Assembly (NCBI GenBank): GCA_046094945.1
Contig: JBJTIJ010000410.1
Coordinates: forward strand, 1 to 38,590
Source of the DNA: Planctomycetia bacterium
Lineage (GTDB): Bacteria > Planctomycetota > PLA2 > JAEUHO01
Reading direction: 5' to 3'
DNA: 38,590 nucleotides
The stretch's first letter is position 1; every line of letters starts with the position of its first letter. Positions 16,584 to 24,647 of this stretch are shown here, piece by piece. Below the pieces are notes generated by a model. That model did no database searches and was not told the DNA's origin. It saw only the letters and a list, made by a program, of their open reading frames with translations. Position numbers and translations under genes: made by a program.

Positions 16584-18227
16584 TCAGCGCGGCGGCTGGC
16601 TGGCTCCCCGGCGCTGCGTGCGCCAGGCCTTGAGGGCCAGAGAGCGGTAGACGAGCGAGGGGCTGGGCTCCAGCCGGGCGCGGCGCTCAGCCTCCAGCAG
16701 CTGCGTGCGGGCCTCGCGCGCGCCGGCGGGCCCCTGCAGGCACAGGTGCCGCGCCAGGTTCTGGCGGGCCGAGAGCAGCGCGGGGTCGTCCTGCACCGAC
16801 TGGCGGAAGGCGGACTCGGCTTGCGCACGGTCGCCGCGCGCCAGCCAGGCCAGCGCCGAGTCGTTGCGCGTCACCGGGTCGCCACCGCCCAGCTCGAGGC
16901 TGCGCGCGAAGGCCTCCAGGGCCTCCGAGAGCTCGCCGCGCAGGCGGGCCACGTTGGCGAGGTTGGCGTGCGCCAGCGGGTCGTCGGGGCGGGCCTTGGC
17001 CACGGCACGCTGCAGGCGCAGCGCGCGGTCCAGCGGGCGCGTGTCGGGCCACGCGTTGGGCGCCACGCGGAAGTCACGCTGCACCTCGTAGGACACCAGC
17101 CCGTCGAGGGTGGCGTCGGCGGGTTGCGCCGCGAGCCCGCGCAGCAGGGCGGCCGCGGCGCGCTCGCGGCCCGCCTCGCTGGGTGCCGGGTCGCCCAGCA
17201 GCAGCACGGCCTCCTGCGCGCACAGCCGGGCCTTGAGCGCAGGGCTGGCATCCGGCGCGACCTGCGTGACCAGCTCGAGCGCGCCCGGGCGGTCGCCCAG
17301 CGCCACGCGCAGGCGTGCGCGGGCCAGCGCCCACGACGCGCGCCGGTCAGGCTGGTCGCTGGCGAGGCCGGCCAGCAACGCCTCCAGGCGCGCCTCGGCG
17401 CCCGCGTAGCGCGCGGCGGCCAGGGCTTCCTCCAGCAACGGCTCGTCGTCCGGGTGCTGGCCCAGCAGCGCGGCGTACAGGGCCAGCGCCCGCTCCCCGT
17501 TGCGCGCCGCGCTCCACGCTGCCGCCGCACCGCGCTCGGCGCCCACCTGCTCGTAGGCCGCAGCTGCCTCGGCGTGGCGCCCCAGCCCGTAGAGCGCGTG
17601 GGCCCTGCGCTCGAGGTACCAGCGCGGCGCATCGGCGGCCTTGAGCGCAAGGGCTGCATCCCACTGTGTCACGGCGCCGCCGAGGTCGCCCGCGAGGTAG
17701 GCCACCTCGCCGGCCAGCCAGTGCGTGCCCAGCGCCGCGGCCTGCGCCTCGGGGATGCGGGCCAGCGTGCGGCGCGCGTCGTCGAGGAAGGGCGCCACCT
17801 GCGTGCCCTTGACGCCCTCGCCCGCCAGCTGCTCGCGCGCGTGCGCCAGCAGGGCCTCGGCATACAGCACGAGGTCGGCGGACTCGCCGTCGAGCGCCAG
17901 CGCCTCGAGGGGTTCGAGCGCAGCGTAGGTGCGGCCCAGCGCCAGCCGCGCCCGGGCCAGCTCGCGCCGTGCCGCCTGCGCCAGCGGGCTGGGCAGGGCA
18001 GTGCCAGTGCCCTCGTCGCGCAGCAGGGCCTCCAGGGCAACCTCGGCCTCCGCCGCCCGCCCGGAGGCCAGCAGGGCGCGCGCCTGCTCCAGGCGCACCG
18101 CCGGCGCCTCCGCAGCGTCCTCGGCGGCCCACGACGCCGGGCTGAGGCCGAGCGCCAGCGCCAGCGCCAGCATGTGCATCCACCCGCGTGCAGGAAGCTG
18201 CCTAGCCACCGCCACCTCCCGGCGCAC
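16584..18227 (-). CDS. Secreted TPR-repeat protein
   Basis: 547 aa. Signal peptide ...MHMLALALALGLSPASWA. Repeated A-x-x-x-Y/L-x-x-A-L...P TPR-like helices run throughout. GTG start at 18227 overlaps the upstream gene by 26 nt. Alternative ATG at 18179. Confidence 0.8.
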   Translation of the reverse strand: MRREVAVARQLPARGWMHMLALALALGLSPASWAAEDAAEAPAVRLEQARALLASGRAAEAEVALEALLRDEGTGTALPSPLAQAARRELARARLALGRTYAALEPLEALALDGESADLVLYAEALLAHAREQLAGEGVKGTQVAPFLDDARRTLARIPEAQAAALGTHWLAGEVAYLAGDLGGAVTQWDAALALKAADAPRWYLERRAHALYGLGRHAEAAAAYEQVGAERGAAAAWSAARNGERALALYAALLGQHPDDEPLLEEALAAARYAGAEARLEALLAGLASDQPDRRASWALARARLRVALGDRPGALELVTQVAPDASPALKARLCAQEAVLLLGDPAPSEAGRERAAAALLRGLAAQPADATLDGLVSYEVQRDFRVAPNAWPDTRPLDRALRLQRAVAKARPDDPLAHANLANVARLRGELSEALEAFARSLELGGGDPVTRNDSALAWLARGDRAQAESAFRQSVQDDPALLSARQNLARHLCLQGPAGAREARTQLLEAERRARLEPSPSLVYRSLALKAWRTQRRGASQPPR

Positions 18228-18927
18228 CGCGCCCCAGCAGGAAACGCGCCTTGAGCTCGTCGGCCCGGCGCGCGCGCTCCTCGCGCGAGGCGGTCACGCG
18301 CATGCGCGTCGCCTCGCCCAGCAGGCCCCGCAGGGCCTCCACGAGCACGCGCCGCTCCTCCTCGTCCTCGGCCTCGACGTAGCGATCCAGCAGCGTGGGC
18401 ACCGCCTGCTGGCAGCCGGCCAGCGACAGCGCCAGCGCCACCTGCGTGCTGCCGGCGAGGCCGGCCTGCAGCACGGCCAGCAGCGGGGCGGGGTCGCGCG
18501 TGGCCTGCTCCGTGAAGGCGGCGCGCGCCTTGGACACGTAGAAGGCCTCTGGGCGCTGGGCCTTCCACAGCAGGAAGGCGATGCGTTGCTCCAGCGGCAG
18601 CGCCGGCAGCAGGCCGTGCTCGTCGAGCACGTGCAGCCAGCGCGGGTCGCGCTCGCCGGGCGTGGCCAGGGCATGGCGGCCAAGCGCGTGCAGGTCCTCG
18701 CCCTGCAGCGCCAGCAGCTCGGCCTCGGCCAGGGCCGAGCGCTCGCGGTCGCTCACCAGCAGCTCCCCCACGAGGCGGCCGACGCGCGCCTCGGGCGTGG
18801 GCGCGCTGGCCGGCGGCACGTTGACATAGGCGTTCGTGGGGAAGCCCCCGCATCCGCCGGTCCCCAGCGACAGGGCCGCCGCGCACAGGCTGCGCAGCAC
18901 GACGCGCCCGCGCAGGCCCCGCAGCAT
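18202..18927 (-). CDS. Helical (HEAT-like) lipoprotein, hypothetical
   Basis: In-frame ATG at 18927 inside ORF 18202..19572. MLRGLRGRVVLRSLCAAALSLGTGGC has a lipobox-like LGTGGC. It starts 2 nt after the cytochrome gene stop. Confidence 0.7.
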   Translation of the reverse strand: MLRGLRGRVVLRSLCAAALSLGTGGCGGFPTNAYVNVPPASAPTPEARVGRLVGELLVSDRERSALAEAELLALQGEDLHALGRHALATPGERDPRWLHVLDEHGLLPALPLEQRIAFLLWKAQRPEAFYVSKARAAFTEQATRDPAPLLAVLQAGLAGSTQVALALSLAGCQQAVPTLLDRYVEAEDEEERRVLVEALRGLLGEATRMRVTASREERARRADELKARFLLGRGAPGGGGG

Positions 18928-18929
18928 GC

Positions 18930-20147
18930 TCAGCGCCCCCCGTAGGTGAAGGGCGTGCGCAGCACGAGCCGCGCGCGATACGGCTGGAAGGGCAGCGTGT
19001 CGTCCAGGCTGGAGGCATCGAGCATGTCCGCCTGCGAGAGGCGGTAGACCAGCCACGCCTCGCCGCGGCCGCGTGCGCCGGCGGGCAGGTCGAGGTAGCC
19101 CTTCCAGCGGTCGCCCAGGCCCGAGACGCGCGCTCCCGGCGGGATCTGCGTGTCGACGAGGCCCGAGCCGCGGTAGTTCTTGCGGTACTTCGCCACCTGC
19201 GCGCGGTCCTGCTGGTTGGGATCGAGCGGGTCGAGCACGACCTTGCCGGCCTCGTCCCACAGGCGGAAGTAGAGGTCGAAGGAGCGGTGGCGCGAATCGG
19301 TGGGCAGGTAGTGGCCGGCTCCGATGTTGGTGACGAAGGCCTGCAGGCGCACGCCCCCGCCCGGGGCCTCGCGCACCTCCACCTCCAGCGTGGCCGCCTT
19401 GCGCAGCTGGGCGAGGTCGTGGCCGCCCGGCCACGTGTGCCGACGGCCCTTGCGCGGCGGGCCGCCCTGCACGAGCGGGCGTTCCACCTCCGGCATGTGG
19501 CAGTCCAGGCAGGTCCGTGCCGGCTTCGTGCGCGGCTCGGGGGCCTCGGGCGACCACGGCCCGGCCAGCCACTCATTGCCCGTGTCGTGCTGGTTGTGGC
19601 AGCCAAAGCACATCTTCACCGGGTCACGCTGGTCAGGGTCGAAGACAGGGTTGCACTGGCCGCTGCAGCCTTCGAAGGGGCCGGCCATCGAGCCGCCCGA
19701 CTGGTGGCAGGAAAGGCACGAGACGGCATCGTCGCGGTGCTCGGTGCGCGCGATGGGCGTGAGGAAGTCCACCTCGCGCATCGGCACCGGGGCGTGGCAG
19801 CGGATGCACTCTTCCTTGTTGACGTCCGCGCTCAGGTCCAGGAACAGCGGGTCCACCATGGCCAGCCCGTGGTAGGAAGCCTTCCACTCCTCGTAGATCT
19901 CGGTGTGGCAGCGGCCGCACTGCTCCGCGGTGGTGAACGGCAGCTGCGCGGCCGGGGCCGCGGCCGCAGGCGCGGCGGGTGCACGGCCCGGGGCGGGCGC
20001 TGGCGCAGGCGCGGCCGGCGGCGTCCCCGGCGTGCGCTCGCCCTCGCCGCAGCCCGTCACCAGCACCGCCGCGCAACCCAGCCACAGGGCCAGCAGGGCG
20101 CCCGTGAGCACGGCAAGCAGGCGGCCAGCGGGCAGGCGTGCGCTCAT
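18930..20147 (-). CDS. Pentaheme c-type cytochrome lipoprotein with non-heme C-terminal domain
   Basis: In-frame ATG at 20147 inside ORF 18930..21410. Signal plus lipobox LVTGC. Five CXXCH motifs (CGRCH, CIRCH, CLSCH, CFGCH, CLDCH). Ala/Pro linker. The C-terminal ~170 aa contain TNIGAGHYLPT. Confidence 0.9.
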   Translation of the reverse strand: MSARLPAGRLLAVLTGALLALWLGCAAVLVTGCGEGERTPGTPPAAPAPAPAPGRAPAAPAAAAPAAQLPFTTAEQCGRCHTEIYEEWKASYHGLAMVDPLFLDLSADVNKEECIRCHAPVPMREVDFLTPIARTEHRDDAVSCLSCHQSGGSMAGPFEGCSGQCNPVFDPDQRDPVKMCFGCHNQHDTGNEWLAGPWSPEAPEPRTKPARTCLDCHMPEVERPLVQGGPPRKGRRHTWPGGHDLAQLRKAATLEVEVREAPGGGVRLQAFVTNIGAGHYLPTDSRHRSFDLYFRLWDEAGKVVLDPLDPNQQDRAQVAKYRKNYRGSGLVDTQIPPGARVSGLGDRWKGYLDLPAGARGRGEAWLVYRLSQADMLDASSLDDTLPFQPYRARLVLRTPFTYGGR

Positions 20148-21220
20148 GCGCCCCCATCCTCCCCGCCCACGAGGTCGCCGTCCACGCCTGCCACCGGGCC
20201 CTCCACGGAGAGGCGCACCGCGGTGCCGTGCGGCAGCGCCACGGGACTGCTGGCCAGCAGCGCCTGCTCGCCCTGCCCTGCGTGCAGGTGCACGCGCAAG
20301 GCATGGTCGGCCCCACGGCACCAGCAGGCCTGCACCCGGGCGCGCCCGCCCGCATCGGCCACGGCCCGCAAGTGCTCCGGGCGCACCAGCACCTGGCGTG
20401 CGCCCGCGTCGTCGTGCCGCAGCGCGGGCAGTTCCCCCAGCGCAGTGCGCCAGCGCTCGCCGTCGCGCTGCGCGGGCAGCAGGTTGGCCTCGCCCAGGGC
20501 CCGGGCCCCGGCCACGGTGCGCGGCGCGCGCCACAGGTCCACCCCGCGCGCCTGCTCCACGATGCGGCCGCGCTCCAGCACGGCGATGCGCTCGCCCAGC
20601 GCCAGCGCCTCCTGCGGCGAGTGCGTCACCACCAGCAGCGTGGTGCCCGTGCCCCGCGTGGCCTCGTCGAGCAGGGCGCGCAGGTCGGCGCGGCGCGCGG
20701 GATCCAGCGCCGCCAGCGGCTCGTCGAGCAGCAGCACGTCGGGGCCGGGAGCCAGCGTGCGGGCCAGCGCCGCCCGCTGGCGCTCGCCGCCGCTGAGGCG
20801 CTCGGGGCTGCGCTCCAGCAGGTGCTCCACGCCCAGGCGCGCCGCGATGCTGCGCACGCTGGGGTGCGCGAGGGCCGCGCGCCCGCGCGGGCGGCCCGGC
20901 AGGCCAAAGGCGATGTTCTCGGCCGTGCTGCGGTTGGGCCACAGCTCGAGGTCCTGGAAGAGCAGGCCCACGCCACGGCGCTCGGGGGCCACCCACGACC
21001 CGGGCCCGGCCACGCAGGCCTCGCCCAGCAGCACGCGGCCCGCATCCGGCCGCTCCAGCCCGGCCACCAGCCTCAGCACCGTGGTCTTGCCACTGCCGCT
21101 GGGGCCCAGCAGCGCCAGCGACTGGCCGGCCTCCACCGCGAGGTCCACGCCGTCCAGCACGGCAGGGCCGCGCCCGAAGCGCTTGGCCACGGCCTCGAGG
21201 CGCACGGTACGCGCGCTCAT
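20144..21220 (-). CDS. ABC transporter ATP-binding protein, importer class (PotA/FbpC/CysA-like) with TOBE-like C-terminal domain
   Basis: 358 aa. Walker A GPSGSGKTT, signature LSGGERQR, Walker B LLLDEPLAALD, H-loop VTHS. A regulatory tail of about 120 aa. ATGA overlaps at both ends. Confidence 0.9.
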   Translation of the reverse strand: MSARTVRLEAVAKRFGRGPAVLDGVDLAVEAGQSLALLGPSGSGKTTVLRLVAGLERPDAGRVLLGEACVAGPGSWVAPERRGVGLLFQDLELWPNRSTAENIAFGLPGRPRGRAALAHPSVRSIAARLGVEHLLERSPERLSGGERQRAALARTLAPGPDVLLLDEPLAALDPARRADLRALLDEATRGTGTTLLVVTHSPQEALALGERIAVLERGRIVEQARGVDLWRAPRTVAGARALGEANLLPAQRDGERWRTALGELPALRHDDAGARQVLVRPEHLRAVADAGGRARVQACWCRGADHALRVHLHAGQGEQALLASSPVALPHGTAVRLSVEGPVAGVDGDLVGGEDGGA

Positions 21221-23217
21221 CGCCCCCTCCGTGCCGCCAGCGCGGCTTCGAGGGCGCTGCGCTCCGGGCCGCGCCAGTCAGGTCCCCCCGGCGGCGGCAG
21301 CGGGTCGAAGAGGTACTCGGGCAGGTCCAGGGCGGCGCGCAGCAGGTCCCAGGCCGTGCGCCGCACCACGCGGTCGGCGTGCCCGCAGCCCTCGAGCAGC
21401 GCCGGCGCATTGCCCATGCCGTCCTGCACCAGCAACACGGCGCTGCGTGCCCAGCCGAAGGCAGCGTCGGCCCCGCAGCGCTGGGGGTGCGGCGCCTCGT
21501 CGTGGGCCCGCACCGCCTCCAGCACGCGCGGCTCCACCGGCGCCCCCACCAGGCCCTTCATCGCCGCCACGCGCACGCCGCAGTCGGCATCGTCCAGCAG
21601 GCGCAGCAGGTCATCGACCACGGCCGGGTCCTGGCGCGCCAGCACGTCCAGCACCTCGGCGGCCGCCGCGCGCACGAAGCCCTGCGGCGCGCCCAGCAGG
21701 CTGCGCAGCGCCGGCCCCGCGGCCGGGTCGCGCGTGCGTGCCAGCGCGCGCGCCAGCTCGGTGCGCGCGCCGGGTCGGGCGCCGTCAAGAGCCGCCACCA
21801 GAGCCGGCGTCATCGCAGCACCCAGCAGCTCGCACGAGTCCTTGGCGATCATCAGCTCGAGCACCTTGGGCTCGACCAGCCTGCGCGCCAGCCGGGCCGC
21901 CTGCGCCTGCCAGCCGGCGTCCTCGCCCGGGAAGCGCACGGCCAGCAGCTGGGGCTCGTCGCGGTGCTGGCGCCACCAGGCCTCCAGCGCCTGCCATGCG
22001 GCCCAGCGGTCGGGCAGGCTGCCCTCGACGAGCACCTCGGGCAGCGGGGCCGAGGGCAGGTGGCGCCGCAGCACGTCGATGGCGTCCTGCGGCACGCGGA
22101 TGCGAAGGTTGCGCCGCGTGGGGTCGAGCGCGTTGCGCACCAGCCAGCCGGCCGCGCCGCGCGCGCCCAGCGCCAGCAGGGCATCGCACGCCGCCACGTC
22201 GATGGCGTAGTACTCGACCGTGGGCCAGGCCTCGGGCGGGATGGGCGTGTCGGTGGTGCCCGGGTAGTCCCACGACTCGCGCGCGCGGAAGGGGTCGCCC
22301 GCATAGGCCACTTGCCGCGCCAGCGCCACGGCGGCGGCCGGGTCGCGCAGGTCGGCCAGCGCGGCGCAGGCCTGGTGGCGCACCCAGCCCTGCATCGACT
22401 CCAGCCCCGCCACCAGCACGGCCGTGGCCTCGCGCCGGCCCATGGCGCCCAGCACGGCCAGCACGTCCATGGCCTCGGCCAGCAGGCCCGGCGGCGCACC
22501 GGCCACGGCCGAGCGGCCCAGCGCGAGGGCCAGCGGCAGGCTGGACTCGGGCGCGGCCACGAGCTGCTCGAGCGCTGCACGCGAGGTGGCCTCGTCGGGG
22601 CTGCCGGCGCCGTCGAGCCAGCCGCGCGCCTCGAGCGCCGGGCCCAGCCGCGCGCGTACTGCGTCGGGCGTGCCTTCCAGCAGGCTGGCGCCCAGCCGCA
22701 GCGCCAGCGCCTCGGCCACGTCGGGCTCGGGCGGCCACGGCGTGGCCAGGTCGGAGGCCTGCACCGGCAAGCCCAGCAGCAGCGCCAGCGCGGCGCGGCG
22801 CGCGCGTGCTGCCGGCGTCTCGGCCGCGGGCCGGGCTGCCAGCGCGCGGCGCAGGTCGTCGAGGGCGGGCCCCGCCCCCGCGCGCCGTGCGCGCACCAGC
22901 AGCCGCACGGCACGCGCCTCGTCGTGGGCCAGCAGGCTGGCTGAGGCCGCGGCGAAGCCTTCGCCCTCGGCATCCAGGCCCAGCGCCAGCGCCTCGTCGG
23001 CCGCCGCCTGCCGCGCCTGCACGGGCGCACTGCGGTCGGCGGCCCGGCGCACGGCGCGCGCGAGTGCCTGCGCCGGTTCCTCGGCCCCAGCCGGGCGCAG
23101 CGCGAGCCACGGCAGCAGCGCCAGCACCACGAGCAGGCGGCCCGTCCGCAGGGCACGCTGCGTGCGCGACGCACGCGGCGCATGCGGCGGGCCGCAGGGA
23201 GCGTGGCGCGCGTGCAC
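21217..23217 (-). CDS. Secreted HEAT-repeat protein
   Basis: 666 aa. Signal-like LLVVLALLPWLALRPAGA. Repeated DP-x-x-R-x-x-A-x-x-AL helical hairpins (RDPAAAVALARQ, RDPAAGPALRSLL, DADCGVRVAAMKGL). The GTG start shares 1 nt with the cca stop (TAGTG). Confidence 0.8.
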   Translation of the reverse strand: MHARHAPCGPPHAPRASRTQRALRTGRLLVVLALLPWLALRPAGAEEPAQALARAVRRAADRSAPVQARQAAADEALALGLDAEGEGFAAASASLLAHDEARAVRLLVRARRAGAGPALDDLRRALAARPAAETPAARARRAALALLLGLPVQASDLATPWPPEPDVAEALALRLGASLLEGTPDAVRARLGPALEARGWLDGAGSPDEATSRAALEQLVAAPESSLPLALALGRSAVAGAPPGLLAEAMDVLAVLGAMGRREATAVLVAGLESMQGWVRHQACAALADLRDPAAAVALARQVAYAGDPFRARESWDYPGTTDTPIPPEAWPTVEYYAIDVAACDALLALGARGAAGWLVRNALDPTRRNLRIRVPQDAIDVLRRHLPSAPLPEVLVEGSLPDRWAAWQALEAWWRQHRDEPQLLAVRFPGEDAGWQAQAARLARRLVEPKVLELMIAKDSCELLGAAMTPALVAALDGARPGARTELARALARTRDPAAGPALRSLLGAPQGFVRAAAAEVLDVLARQDPAVVDDLLRLLDDADCGVRVAAMKGLVGAPVEPRVLEAVRAHDEAPHPQRCGADAAFGWARSAVLLVQDGMGNAPALLEGCGHADRVVRRTAWDLLRAALDLPEYLFDPLPPPGGPDWRGPERSALEAALAARRGR

Positions 23218-24587
23218 TAGGCGCCTCGGGCCGGGGGCGGGACGTGGGCCAGCACGCGTGCCAGGGCCTGCTCGCGCGTCGTCACCTCGCCCTCCAGCTG
23301 CAGGTCGCGCGCCCAGCGCAGCAGGTCGCCCAGCGCTGGGCCGGGGGCGTAGCCGGCCGCGAGCAGGTCGTTGCCCGTGAGCAGCGGCGGCGGCAGGCCC
23401 CGCTGCTCGCCCAGCTCGGCCAGCCGCTCGCGGCAGAAGGCCAGCAGCGAGGTGTCACCGTGGCTGGCGCTGCAGTCGGCCCGGTGCAGGCGCAGGTGCA
23501 GCTCGATGTCGGGCTGGGCCAGGAAGCGCCGCAGGCGTGCCGGCCGCATCTGCGGCAGGGCCGGGAACTGCATGTGCGTGCCCACCAGCTCGCCCACGCG
23601 GTCCACCGAGCGGCGCGCCGACTTGAGGCGCTCCAGCAGCGCAGCACTTGCGTCGCGGCCCTGCGACTCGTGGCCGTGGAAGCGGATGCGGCCGTCGGGC
23701 CCCACGCTGCGCGTGGCGGGCTTGCTGACGTCGTGCAGCAGGGCAGCCCACACGAGGTCCTCGGACTGCTCGTCGGGCAGGTCCTCGAGGCGGCCGAGGT
23801 TGTCCAGCACCAGCGCCGTGTGCACGAACACGTCGCCCTCGGGGTGGTAGCGCGGCGGCTGGCTCACGCCCTGCATGGCCTCCACCTCGGGCAGCACGTA
23901 CGCCAGCAGGTTGGCATCGCGCAGCAGCCGCAGCGCCTTGCCGCGCCCGTGGCGCAGCAGCCGCACCAGCTCGGCCCGGATGCGCTCCACCGACACCGAG
24001 GCCACGCGCGGCGCCAGGTCGCGCAGCGCCTCGAAGGTGCGCGGCTCGATGGCGAAGTTGAGCTGCGCCGAGAGGCGCACGGCGCGCAGCATGCGCAGGT
24101 GGTCCTCGAGGAAGCGCGCCGCGGGGTCGCCGATGGCGCGCAGCAGGCGTGCCACGAGGTCGCGCCGTCCCTCGACGTAGTCCACCACCTCGCCCGTGAA
24201 GGGATCCTCGAAGAGGCCGTTGACCGTGAAGTCGCGCCGCTGCGCGTCGGTGCGCGCATCGCTGAACACCACGCCCACGGGCCGGCGCCCGTCGATGTAG
24301 AGGCCGTCGGCCCGGAAGGTGGTCACCTCCACCTGGCGGCCCTCGCCCGGCACCACGACCGTGCCGAACTGCGCGCCCACGAGCAGGGCATGCGCGAACA
24401 GCGGGGCCACCGCCTCGGGCGGGGCGGAGGTGGCGATGTCGTAGTCGCCGGGCATGCGGCCCAGCAGCCGGTCGCGCACGGCACCGCCGCAGAACAACGC
24501 CTCGTGGCCGGCCGTGCGCAGGCGGCGGGCCACGTCGAGCGCGAAGGCGCGCGTGCCGTCGGGGGGCGGGCGGTCCGGGACGTCCAC
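23217..24587 (-). CDS. cca: CCA tRNA nucleotidyltransferase / poly(A) polymerase family protein with HD domain
   Basis: 456 aa. GGAVRDRLLG ... DYDIAT nucleotidyltransferase head. RDFTVN motif. HD-domain LLHDVSKP. GTG start at 24587 with TACCAT 6 nt upstream. Confidence 0.85.
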   Translation of the reverse strand: MDVPDRPPPDGTRAFALDVARRLRTAGHEALFCGGAVRDRLLGRMPGDYDIATSAPPEAVAPLFAHALLVGAQFGTVVVPGEGRQVEVTTFRADGLYIDGRRPVGVVFSDARTDAQRRDFTVNGLFEDPFTGEVVDYVEGRRDLVARLLRAIGDPAARFLEDHLRMLRAVRLSAQLNFAIEPRTFEALRDLAPRVASVSVERIRAELVRLLRHGRGKALRLLRDANLLAYVLPEVEAMQGVSQPPRYHPEGDVFVHTALVLDNLGRLEDLPDEQSEDLVWAALLHDVSKPATRSVGPDGRIRFHGHESQGRDASAALLERLKSARRSVDRVGELVGTHMQFPALPQMRPARLRRFLAQPDIELHLRLHRADCSASHGDTSLLAFCRERLAELGEQRGLPPPLLTGNDLLAAGYAPGPALGDLLRWARDLQLEGEVTTREQALARVLAHVPPPARGA

Positions 24588-24593
24588 CCGGGC

Positions 24594-24599
24594 ATGGTA
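24594..24599 (-). promoter_or_regulatory. -10-like hexamer TACCAT, 6 nt before cca GTG 24587 (leaderless arrangement)
   Basis: The minus strand reads gcgTACCATgcccggGTGgac. Confidence 0.45.
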
Positions 24600-24647
24600 C
24601 GCCGCGGGGCAAGGCGGCCCGCAGGTCCCCCGGCGCCAACGCGGGTG

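Noticed and set aside
20144-21220. The ABC ATPase read as CcmA (cytochrome c maturation), because it precedes a multiheme cytochrome
   Set aside because: CcmA is about 200 aa without a TOBE-like tail and is followed by ccmB and ccmC. This protein is 358 aa with an importer-type C-terminal domain, and no ccm genes are nearby.
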